Assembly (NCBI GenBank): GCA_002633005.1
Contig: NMRA01000021.1
Coordinates: forward strand, 1,175,119 to 1,239,118
DNA: 64,000 nt
Origin: Phoronis australis
Lineage: Eukaryota > Animalia > Phoronida
Direction: 5' to 3'
How positions within the stretch are numbered: the stretch's first letter is position 1; the number at the start of each line of letters is the position of its first letter. Below the pieces are notes generated by a model that saw nothing but the letters and a program-made list of their open reading frames with translations, ran no database searches and had not been told where the DNA came from. Of the stretch, positions 1 through 11,512 are shown piece after piece. A program made the translations under genes and the position numbers.

Positions 1-289
1 GCTTGGTGTTGATCTTTACAGTTGCCTCTCATTTGTTCCACACACTCGTGTTTCGTTGTTTAACCAATTCCACTTGTATTCCTGAGTATTTAGCAGACAG
101 ATCAAAGTCAAACTGGTCGTAATATGGACTTTAAAATTTGGGGACTTTCTTGAATTTTTCGGAGACATAATGGTGATGATGGGTAGAAAGACCGTGAGAG
201 AAGTACTGTGGTGCTTGGGTATGTTGTTTTCGGAAGTGGTCGTTGAAAACAGGTGTAAAATTGAAGGGATGAGGTATTAACAAAGGGAG

Positions 290-2390
290 TATTACTCTTT
301 TTGAAGCCGTTTCTGAGCAACGTGCAATTTTTATGCGCCCACGGCAGTATCTCCTCAACCCCTTGCAGGATGTTATTGAAGTTTTGCAGGTGTGTTCCCA
401 CATGTATGTCGGATGACGAGTTGGGGACCGACCCGAATACTGCTGTACCCCTAGTGGCTATTTTAGTTTTTTACATTTGCCTCTGTATCTTCGAGTTCCT
501 CCACCGATTTTCATGAAATTCGGTAACTAGGTTTTTAATATGGAGGCAATGATGCCATCCCATTTTTATGCGCCCTCATATTTATATGTGGAAGCATTAT
601 GCCATCATCTCCGTCTGTCCCTCTGGCGTACGCTGCTCTATCCCCAAAACCCCTTCACGTATGTTCATGAAATTTTGCACGTGTTCATTCCGTGGATGGG
701 ACGGCATGAGCGAACTTTCGGGCGGCTCCGACAACCGGTGTGCCCCCTAGTGGCAATTTCATTTTTTTACGCTCACCTCTGTATCTTCACAATTCCTTAA
801 CGGATTTTAATGTAATTTGGTATGTAGGCACCTATCAGTGAGATGACGCGATCCTTCCATTTTCGGAAGGATTCAACATAGTTTGTGCCACCTAGTGGTC
901 GTTTTTACTGTTTTCGAGTCTATCAGCCAAACCGCTTGAAGGATCGGATGATTGTGAAAATTAGCACGAATGTTCTAACTATGAAGTTTACGCCTGACGA
1001 TGATTTTCCGACAACTTTGACTACTGTGGCGCCTCCTAGTGGCAGTTTTTTTTTTGCGTCTATGGCTGTGTCTCGTAAACCGTTCGCAGGATCTTTATGA
1101 AATTTAGTAAGTATAATTATACGATGTTACGGACGATGACGACTTTCGGACAGAACTGACTACTCGTGTGCCACCTAGTGGCAATTTTATTTTTTTTACG
1201 TTTACCTCTGTATCTTCAAAAGTCCTCTACGTATTTTCATAAAATTTGGCATACAGGCATTTGATAATGAGGTGACGCTATTTCACCTTTTTCAGATGAA
1301 TTCGACCTAGTATGCGCTACCTAGTGGCCATTTTTACTGTTTTCGAGTCTGTTTTTTGGTGTCCACTCATCTATCAACCAAACCGTTTTCAGGAAAATTG
1401 TGAAAATTGGCATGTATGTTCTTACTACGGACGGCAGACGATGATTTTCTTACGACTTCGTCTGCTTGGTCGCCTCCTAGTGACAGCTTTGTTTTTTTGC
1501 GCTCATGCCTGTATCTCCTAAACTGTTTGCAGGATCTTTACTTATTTTAGCAAGTGTATTTATATGTTGACTACGGACGACCACGATTTTCAAAAAGCTC
1601 TGACTACTGGTGAGCCCCCTAGTGGCAATTTTAGTTTTTACGTTCAACTTCAAAGCTTCAAAGGTCCTCAACAGATTTTCATAAAAAATTAAATATAGGC
1701 ATCTGTTGGTAAGATGACGCTATTTTCCTGTTTTGGATGGAATCTAGATATTTTGAGCCACCTAGTGGCCATTTTTTCTGTTTTCAAATCTTGTTTTTGG
1801 CGTCTACCCCTGTACCAACCAAATCATTCTAGGGATGGTTTTAAAACTTGGTGTGTGTTCTTGGTATGAAGAGGACGTTTGATGATGGTGACTAACTACT
1901 GTGGTGCCTCCTAGTGGTAGTTTTGTTTTGTTTTGTGCCCATAGTTGTAACTTCAAAACCCATTGCAGGATCTTTATTAAATTTAGTAAGTGAATTTATA
2001 TGAAGATAACACACGACGAATTTCAGGCGGATCCAACGGACGTTGTGCCTACAAGTGGCAATTTCATTTTGTTCTGCTTTCCTTTGTTTCTCTGAAGCTC
2101 CTTTGTAGGCCTAAGTGTATATGAAGATAACAACAGACGACGACGACTTTCTGGCGAATGCAACGGACGCTGTGCCCACTAGTGGCAATTTTATTTTATT
2201 GTGTTTTCCTTTGTTTCACTGAAGTTCTTTGACAGATGAAATATGGCATGTTCCTGTTTTTGGATGGATTGTACGTTTTTGCGCCATCTAGTGGCCATTT
2301 TTATGATAAAAATAAATAACCTTAAAAGCACACCATTTGCAATGCATTCGTGGGCGCATTTCAGCGCTCCGCGTTGCTCTTTTAGATCAT
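290..2390. repeat. Degenerate tandem array of ~144-bp monomers (three monomer types, ~430-bp higher-order unit), probably the internal array of a Helentron/DINE-1-like non-autonomous element
   Basis: Motif G(T/C/A)GCC(A/T/C)CCTAGTGGC recurs at ~445, 740, 885, 1029, 1168, 1314, 1469, 1612, 1755, 1904, 2045, 2172 and 2281. Each monomer also has a 'GATTTT(C)ATGAAATTT(G/A)G'-type box. A short hairpin (CAGCGC-TCC-GCGTTG) lies at ~2362-2376. Element class is inferred and boundaries are approximate. Confidence 0.75.
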
Positions 2391-2428
2391 TACGGCGTTT
2401 CCCGTTGCTCCCAACTTGTTCGATTCTA

Positions 2429-2587
2429 TAGCCCAACCACAAGTCGGGAAGATCTCCCCTGTAGCCAATATCTTACACGACTGATTAACTCTATTCTGGC
2501 ATTTAGGGTTGGAGGGCCGGCTCTCTTTTGTTCGATAATTGGTAATCTCCGATCAGATCGTATCTACCCTGCCTGGGCTGTGGGCTA
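2429..2587. mobile_element. Possible small MITE with TAG...CTA termini (Academ-like)
   Basis: Starts TAGCCCAACC...GGGAAGATC and ends ...ATCTACCCTGCCTGGGCTGTGGGCTA, an imperfect inverted repeat. No clear TSD. Confidence 0.3.
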
Positions 2588-3958
2588 AAAATAAAAGTTA
2601 AGTTATAACATCTTTGAACATAAACCAATAGCATAGCTGATTATGTTTAGTTTTTGAATCACCAAAATCGCCCAACTGCAACAGAAGTTAACGCGTGTGG
2701 TGTTTTTTCTCTAGGTATTCCAGGTTTGTACAGTTAAATATAAGTAACGGACAATTTTTCTAGTTGCTAAGTACAAAACCTGATGCTTCTAACTAAACAC
2801 TGTTTAATTATTGCCAGAATATGCTCCAGGCACACCGTCTCAAGCTACTCCGTCCGGGTCGTGAACCTATCTGCCCAACAATAGTACACGGTGAGACGAG
2901 ACAATCAAATGCTGTCTATTGCCGAGGACGCTCATAATAATCTGATTTGTTCACGATTCATACAGAGTGGAGTATTCTTCTTTTTCTTCAACAACAAGAC
3001 CTTTAAATGTTGCCTGTAACTCATTAATTTTCTCACCTCATTATTCATAAGTTGATAAAGGGTTTAGTAGTTTTAATTTTGACCTTCCCTTTCTGTTAAG
3101 TCCGTTCAGTGAATTTTATTAGTGAAATGAACTTTTTCCTGTAGCCAAATTGTTTTCATTTATAGGAAAGCTATTTAGAAACTTCAGATTTCAGCTTTTT
3201 TAGAGAATTGTAGCTTTACAGATTTTAGGCGTGTTTGCCCTGCAATAGAATCTAAAATAAAAGAGTTGGAAACAACCAGATGACCACGTGGGATTGGCCA
3301 CTTTTAAGGCCAGTAGATACATTGATTTGCTGTTATTAGAATCAAACAAAAGTACGATTTTATAGCTGTTCAAGACTTAGTGAGAGGATATAATTCTTTG
3401 GGAGTTTGCCACCATTTCCTGTCATCATAGCGTGGACCTCATTTTGCGTTACTTTTTGCCATCATCTGATCCTCTTCTCTGTGTGTGATAAAATCTCTTT
3501 GAGAAAGAATTAAGTTTCACGTACCGGTAGGCAAATTGTTGTTTGCAGCTATATTTACTTTTTCTTGTCTTCAATCCATTAAATACAGAAAATAAGTCAA
3601 ATACTCTGGGTGATTTATAACAGCTAGGCACTAACAAAACACAAATGCACGAGTTACCAATTAATGATTGCACACTCAGTTAATGTTAAGCAAACTTAAT
3701 TGAAGAGCATTTATTCATAGGTACCCTGAGTACATGCATATATAGCTATTTTCTCTTCTCTTAATGAGGTTTAATGTGTTGGAGGGGTATTTTGGTGCTG
3801 CCTTGGGACTGAAGTTCCCTATCTATTTCTCCTGGTTTTATCTCCACTATCACATATGAATCAGTCTCAGTCCCTAGCTGAAGTGGTTGTAGGTCACAAC
3901 CAACACTATCATAACAAATAGAATGAAAAGAGACTACTTACTGTACATGGGATTCTAG

Positions 3959-6900
3959 TAGTCCAGTAATTCTACGGATAACCCGAAAAAAATTGCAACG
4001 GAAGGTTTTATTGCATAAATCGTATCCTTTCACACCTCTCAGTGGGAAAAAGAAAGTCTACCGGAGTGGCGGAAGTTGTTTTTTCAAGATGGCGGACAAA
4101 ATGGCCGCCAGATTCTGATGCTCACTATAACTCAAAAGTAGAATGAGATAGAGTAAAAATTCAAAAAAGGTTTACCTGTGTTTTGTGGGTCAACAAATTC
4201 ATTGGAAATGGTTTTGCATGGCTGTGGTGACACCGTCCGCTATTTTCCAAGATGGCCGCCAAATCTACTTGAGTCGCACAACTTTGCACAAAGATTAGTG
4301 CGTCTTGTTTCAAACATTGTATCATACTTCTGGGTCGACTAATCCATTTAGACTCATTGCGTTTGACTCTAATGGTTACTTCCACCATTTTCTAAGATGG
4401 CCACCAAATTGTTGCTTCGTGTAAGAACTTCAGATTCCAGAGACACGCCATATCCTGAGTTTTTTACGTCAGCACCTCCATTACAATAATTTTTGTGTGG
4501 CTCTTGATGATTACGACTACCATTTTCAAGATGGTTTAACGAATAACTTATTTGGGTCAAAAACATCAGGTTTGCCTAGAATATTCTCCTCCTGAAAAAA
4601 ATGTGCTGTATAGTTGAAAATAACTCTCTGCAATTAATTCAGTGATCTACTATCCACACTGTCTGTGTCACATCCCGGGCATTTAGTTGTAAATGCTAGT
4701 GAATCTATACACAACCAACCAGTATTTACACAGCTAAAACCACGACATTCTCCACATGCAACCGAGTACGCCGGGCAATCGTAACTTCTTGCAAGTACAT
4801 CTCTTGGAACTGCAGTTGGTCTTACACGAGCACCTCAGTCACTATTTTCAGCAGGTTCTCTGGTGCTGTTGACTGGTCCGCCGTCGTGGGAATGAACTTT
4901 CCACCTGCCAGCATCCATCCCCAATACAGCGAGTACTGCCACGGAAACTTGACCGCTCTTGCTCTTGATAATATGTCCCGGCAGCATGGAATTTCACTAC
5001 TGAAGAAAGTTGGTGATAATGACTGTACTTGGACTGTGGCTAGTGTGACACCTCATCCACAAATCACCTGTATCGCAAGTTATCCAAATTTCCAGAACCA
5101 GTACCGCCCTGAAGCACAGATACTACTCTTACCTGAGCTTCAAATATGTCTTGCTTAAGCTGCATGTGTCTAGTGAATACTCTTACCAGAGTTTTTGCAG
5201 AATTTTCGATCACGCAGTTTCTTGAATGGGAGAGCCTTTGCTAATACTGAACAGCTGTAATGTTGTGTTGCAACCACCTACTGCATGCGCAAATGGCATA
5301 CTGCACAACTTTCAGCACCAAGAGACAACTGTAGTTCCTTGATGTCCCTGACTCTCCTCTTGCTTTGGTGCCTCTTGTCAAATTTCATGAACATTGCAAT
5401 TTGTTGTGAAGTACCATGGTAACGCAAAAGAACCAACAAGTCTGTATCGTCTGAAAGGTAGTTGGACCTTGTGCTGCGTTCTCTACTGCTGTTTCTACAG
5501 TTAAAACATCTGCGTCACATTGAGCTTGTACCACTGTGCAACCAGCATTTCCTAGCAAACTTGACAAGAAGTGAATGAATCGTTGTTTGTTTTTGCTCTT
5601 TGCCAAACCTGTTCCATTTTTACTTGATCACCATGTCACCATTGAAGTGAACTTCAGTTCCAACCACCCACCTAGTCTTCGAACATGAGAGACATCTTTA
5701 GTTGATGGTCCATCTCAGTAACCAACAAAAACAACAGTAGGCTGGGGGCACTTGCTGATGTAATTCACGTAAGCTCTACCAAATGACTGAAACATTGCAT
5801 CTCTAGGCAATGGAATAAGGTGAAGGAGAGAACCGCCGTCGATTACATGCATCATCGTGTTTTCTGGAAATTGAATTCCTCGGGTAGTCCCCCACTGGAC
5901 CAGAGTGCATCAGCTCATATTGGTTTATTAGCAACTCTGGGAAGACCAGATGTATCAAAAAGAGCAGGGGAACCAACACACAGCTCAAACTTCAAAAGGC
6001 TTGATGAACTTTCACTGTTGTCTTTTTCAACTGAAATAGCGGTCGTGGATCCACTTGTGTAAAATTACTATTAGCAGCATGAACTGATTGACTTGTCATT
6101 GCCACAACCTTGTCTTTCTTACTGAATGTAAAGTCTTTCGCACTTGACCCCTCCAGAGACAAGTGAACCGCATTACCCACTTCTCTGGCATTTTCGGCAC
6201 TGGCGCATGTGCCTGCAGTCACACCAGTGGCGATGTTCTGTAATGTTTCTCTTTAAAATGGGTTAGTGTTGTGGAGGAATTCAACAATACTGCGGATGTC
6301 TTTGTCGTCACGCGACTGTCTTGCCTGGGTACATTCTGTATGCTGCTGACTTGTTTCACAACTCAAGTTTGTCAAAGTCTGCATGGCACCATTTATACTT
6401 GAGCACGCCGGCAAGGAAAACAGCCACGGTGCACTCTGTGTATCTCCCAGTTCGCAACCTCTAGTTAAACCTCCTATCGGTTTAATACTTTTCATGAGCG
6501 TTTGCTCAATTACAAGACCATATCTCATTATGACAAGCCTGCCCAGAATCTGTCACTTTGTCTTATGGTGTGTTGGCCGTAGACGTCTGGACGAGTTGCT
6601 ACGTCTGCTGCAAGTATATGTATGAAGATTTTGCATAAGAGTTGTGACCAGCAGCTGCAAAGTAAGGCAGCATTTCAGAAACTGCTTTTAAGTGAAACTC
6701 CCAATCTGACGTTATTTTTGCTTTTAAAGAAGTCGAAGGATGTCAGTCATCTTCATATACTGTAGCCAAAGAATAATGATTCGACTTTGCAAGGACAAGT
6801 CTGATTGATGTGCTTCGACTTTTTATGGATACCCACAATACACTCCGACTAACATACATCATCGCACACAGACGTCATGCCAGCAATACGATCATCATAC

Positions 6901-8708
6901 CGCTTCAAACCAGCTCTCAAATCATCATGAAGAATATCATTGGCCATTGATTCTTCTGACGAACTATTCTCTGTCACTGCGAATTCTGAAGACCTATACT
7001 TCGATTCAGTCGTGATTGAATGTACCAATGGCAGTAGGTCGGAAGCCAGAAGTGAATTCTCGTGAGGGCATTCCACTGTAATCCAAGGTTCAGAATCGGA
7101 AGACACTGCCTGGGCATGGCATGCGCCATAGTATACATCTAGTTATGTGATCAGTTGGGATGTCTGGGATGTCTGAAGAATCTGTCTCCATATTCTGACG
7201 AGCCAAAGTTTGTGTACAAGCATTGAACTGCTCCACCTCTTGGCATGGAATCTGTGTGTTCTGTGTTGGTGACATTCCTGACTCCTGGAATTTCTGAAGA
7301 ACCTGAATTTCTTTCTTCATTGGTCTTGCATTGGCGTTACTTGATCTATGAATATTTGGAAGTGGGATGTTGAATGTTCTGGCTTTTATGATAACATTCA
7401 GTGCTGAGTCTACCAACATATGCCCCCTCACTGCTCTATCCACACTTTTTCCATTTAACATAAGGATCACACTGTTTGATGCATGCACCGTCTCAAGAAC
7501 TTCTTGAAGCCCTGTGCCTGACATTACGTTTCCAATACATCCCAGAAAGCTCATCTCAGTATGAAATCTCAAGAACAAGTGACTGCACATCACTGTCGTT
7601 TTGTTTGTTGGCACTAATTTCCTCTAAAATCAGTTACCTATGTTCATAAAAAGCATGCATATTAAACAAGTTGTGAGTCCTAACTATCATAATTTAATTA
7701 ATAACTTTTCTTACATAATCCTATTTGCTTTTCATCAAATTCAGGTGAAATCAGCAGCCAAATTCTCAGTACATGCCAGCAGCAGACGAAATCGATGCTT
7801 GGGAACAACTAATAATATCTCCAATAGCAGAGAAAAAGTCACTTCCTTCCCAATTTTATGAAGGGTTTGTGTAATGAATAAGCCAATAACTCCACATTAA
7901 TAACATATTTTTCTAACAAATATTTTTTGCTACCTCAAATGACTGTATTTTACAAAAAATAATTGAGTTTGTGAAATTTATTATGAAAATTTAACTAAAG
8001 CATTTTCTGAAACGTACACCATGTTTTATGTTATATAATCTAAAATGTGATTAAAATTACACAATTAGTATCTAAATCTTAAAAACAAATTATAGAAACA
8101 ATCAACTGATTAACCCTGACTGTAGATTGTAAAATGTTTTTGTGTAAATGCGTATCAGGTTACAAACAAAGTTGCAGAACGTAAATGCGGTAAATTGGGG
8201 TTTGTGAATTGGCTGCCATTTTAGCGGCCATTTTGTCAGCCATCTTGATTTTTTTCTCGCAAACCAGTGACCAATTGTAAGGTCCAGATATTTTCAATTG
8301 TCTAACTTACAAAAGAATAAATCTTTTGTCATTTTCAGGGCAAAATACAAAAAGAAATCTTGCAACATGTACCAAATTGTCGTTTCGGCCACCATTTTGT
8401 CGGCCATATTGGTTTTATTTTACGGAAAATTGGCATCTTTTGATTGGTATGCCTGATATGAAAAGTATATAATCAATGACAAACTTTATTGTTTTATTTT
8501 TACATAAGAGTAATGTGCCAGAAAACAATAAACACTGGTTTTGTCGGCCATTTTTTCCGCCATCTTGAAAAAACGACTTCCGCCACTCCGATTTCGGTAG
8601 ATTTTTTTCTGACACCAAGGGATGTTTGAAGATGCCATTTATGCAAAAAACCTTCTGTTGCAATTTTTTCTAGGTTGGGCCCTCTGGAGCCCTAGAATGA
8701 CTGGACTA
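3959..8708 (-). mobile_element. Academ (AcademX-type) DNA transposon, decayed and internally deleted
   Basis: Termini TAGTCCAGT(A/C)ATTCTA...TAGAATGACTGGACTA begin long imperfect TIRs (shared AAAAAATTGCAAC(G/A)GAAGGTTTT..TGCATAAAT). Flanks are TAG/CAG, a 3-bp TSD with one mismatch. TAG..CTA ends with a 3-4 bp TSD are the Academ hallmark. Minus-strand transposase remnants lie inside. Confidence 0.85.
4690..7580 (-). pseudogene. Academ transposase pseudogene (transposase core, XPG/PIN-like nuclease and C-terminal Cys-rich zinc finger), many frameshifts and stops
   Basis: Collinear minus-strand fragments: FHTEMSFLGCIGNVMSGTGLQEVLETVHASNSVILMLNGKSVDRAVRGHMLVDSAL (7090-7614 ORF); LVIEQTLMKSIKPIGGLTRG (6253-6528); KNKQRFIHFLSSLLGNAGCTVVQAQCDADVLTVETAV (5385-5606, XPG-like); ACGECRGFSCVN Cys cluster near 4720-4770. 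Confidence 0.8.
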
Positions 8709-9826
8709 CAGGAAATGAAGGACTACACAATTCCGGCCATATGACTCAACTGTGCATTTGACCTGTTTCCTTCAGTGTTGTTAACCAAGCATATGTGGAA
8801 CGTTTAATTGAACATGTATAGTCGAACACAAAGATGACAGTTTCAAGAAAACACCCTAAATTGTCAAATAGATTTAGAGGTTGCTGCATTCTACGATGAC
8901 AAAAGAATAATTTATCAAAAATTGTGACATCAGCGTATTTCTAAGCTGTAACTAAACGTCACCTTAGTTAGCTTCAGTCTCATTTTGGGATGCATAAGTG
9001 TACAGAAAGGTTGTTCAGAGTGTTTCCTTTAATACTTGTACGAAAATTGAGAATTAGTTCACTTTGGTTAAATTCAATATAGTAACCATTTTAGTTTACA
9101 CATTCAAATGAAAATTAAACTATAATGAATAAACAAGATTTCTTAATTAGGATAGCAATGTCTAAGATTCTTTTGACTACTGTTGCCAACTTTATTAAAA
9201 TCTGCCATTATTTTGTGTCCTGTTCTACTTACGGGTGTTTATTTAAATGGATGACACCAGTGACGTCTGCTTAACAACCTTACGCAGGGACATATAATTG
9301 CGCAACTGAAATAGTTCTCAATATATGATACAGCTGTAAAACTAATATATCCACTATTACGAAAATATCATGACGTTCTCGAAAGTGCATGGATGAAGCT
9401 GCAATCTTATTTCAAGATGTCCCAGAAACTGCCAAGGTCGCAGATAAGAAAAATTCCGGTAGGAAAGCAGCTGAACATATGCATCTCGCGCGACGCTTTG
9501 ACTTGACAGAGAAGGCCTTGCACGATTGAACGTTGTCATGTCGTAAAATCCTGCATATTATTCGGTAAGTCTTGAACGAATTACAAAAAAAAAACAATTA
9601 AGATTGGCGTTATACCTGAAGTAGCGGCCCCATACTCGAACAAGATCAGGCAGAGCGTTGAAATGCGCCCACGAAAGCACAACGAAAATGTCCACAAGAT
9701 GGCGATAACATCTGGCTCCTTTAACTGCTGTCCAGCACAGTCTTTTGTTCCGTATGACAAGCAGACCAATTATCTCCAGGGCTTCAAAGGGTTACTGCCG
9801 AAACCTGGCAGACTGGATTGTCTTAA

Positions 9827-11512
9827 AGGAGAATGCCACCCGATTTGATAATTCTTTTTTACCGTCGTAACCGGCCTATATCCACATCGCCTCTTATATG
9901 GTCGACCTCACCTTGCCCAGAGGTGTCGCGTTAACCTGTGAGGAAGGTAAGAAACGACGCAGCGACGTCAGTGGTTCGTCTGCAGAGTGAATGCCGCTAC
10001 ATTGCGGTGCATTGTTCCCGCTTGTCCGAACTATGAAGCTGCGACGAAAGCGGGTATCGTTTTTTCGACTTCATAGAGAGCCCGACATGCTTAGGAAGTG
10101 GCTCGCGGTAGTTAAGAATGAAAGGTATGCTGTTGATAGCAAGTATGAGGCCGTGAAACATCTCCGTGTCTGTGGCCGGCATTTCGTCGACAGTGATTTC
10201 TCTGACGAATTCCGGCTTACCAAAGAACTATCCATACCTTCCGTTCCTCTCTAGTATTTCTTTATCAGTGCATTCCGGTTCGAACTGATAACCTGTGAAA
10301 CCTAACGATCCGACCCGTGAAGTCTTCGTCAGATGAGCTCTTGAGTAAGTCGCCGGGATTGGCGCCGGGCGAGCTGCCATGTAGACTTTTATTATTCTGC
10401 GTTCTGTTTCAAAATGAATTGTTCTCATCCTAAAATGATCCTAACCAATGCTTATATGAAACTGAAACAAAGTCTGTCTCGCCAGAGAAACAATTTGTAA
10501 TGCCTTGGAGTGCACGTGAGTGCAAATGTTTTGAAAAGCCAGCAATAAAAAAACCACTGCGCTAACGGCTTTTGATGCCGGCAGCAAAGGTAATTGACCA
10601 GGCACCGAGGCCGTGTGAGCGCATGCTAATTCAGTGTTTGATGACAGAAAGCTGTTGTGAAACAATTATCCTACTCCATTTTATATGCTATGGTCACATG
10701 TTAGGGGAATTTTCATTTAGAAATACAAATACATTATTCAAATCATTGTTACTGTACAACCTTTGCCCTGATGGTCTGTGGAAGGGGATTCGTGGCCCCC
10801 GACAAGTAAGTAGATTTTCAGTTTCGTGGTTAATTCACATAAATAATTCCGTGTACATTATTTCTTTGGCTTACTATTATCTTTTCGTGACTGGAGGTTT
10901 AGTTTCCAACTCAAGCTGGTTTATGTTCGTGTCAGTCCCGGCGGCAGCGACGGGCCTGATCGAGTTCCGATCCACTGGCCGGGAAAACGAGTCAATCCCG
11001 CCGCGACGGACCTGATCGGGTTCCGAGCCACTGGCCGGAATAGCAAGCGTTTTGTGTGTTTAGAACTAAAAATAATCACAAGTATAAACAACACAGATCT
11101 AGGTTCTCCTGTCTGTATTTCACGGAAAAATACATCGAATTTATCTCCGAACAGATCCTAAACTCCTGCTATGGACCTTGGTAAATTGGGCCTGGCGAAC
11201 TTTGTAGGCTACGGTGTGTCCAAATTTTAATACCAGTAAATCCGTAACAGCGAAATAAAAAAACACGTTTTTATAAGAACTCGGTGTATTTTTAAGGGTT
11301 TTACATCGAAGTTTGATGATTCATTGGTGTTTAACGATGAATTCAAGCTATAAGCTGACACCACTAACCCACGTTGTGAACTGCTGAACCGACTGCGTGT
11401 GCGTCATTGGATAATTTCAACACCTCCGTCTGCCGTCACGTGTCAGGTAACGCAACCGAACCTCCCGTTATCGCGGACTGAGTAGAACTACTCGATCTAA
11501 ATTGATGCAAAA
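9827..11512 (+). mobile_element. Kolobok-like non-autonomous DNA transposon, copy 1 (right TIR lost)
   Basis: TTAA (9823-9826) followed by AGGAGAATGCCACC. Collinear and highly similar to 47260-48887 up to ~11512, where similarity stops before the right TIR. Confidence 0.8.
9991..10254 (+). pseudogene. THAP zinc-finger remnant (N-terminus of a Kolobok transposase), frameshifted
   Basis: Across a frameshift it reads RCIVPACPNY...SFFRLHREPDMLRKWLAVVKN...HLRVCGRHFVDSDF...SIPSV. This gives the C2CH ligands, the conserved W and F, and an AVPTIF-like box of THAP. Confidence 0.8.

Noticed and set aside
440-2295. CRISPR-like repeat-spacer appearance of the CCTAGTGGC array
   Set aside because: The 'spacers' are ~130 bp and homologous to each other, the context is eukaryotic, and no cas genes are present.
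9991-10254. Host THAP-domain transcription factor gene
   Set aside because: Frameshifted between the first two Cys and the rest of the domain, and present twice within a TTAA-flanked TIR element.
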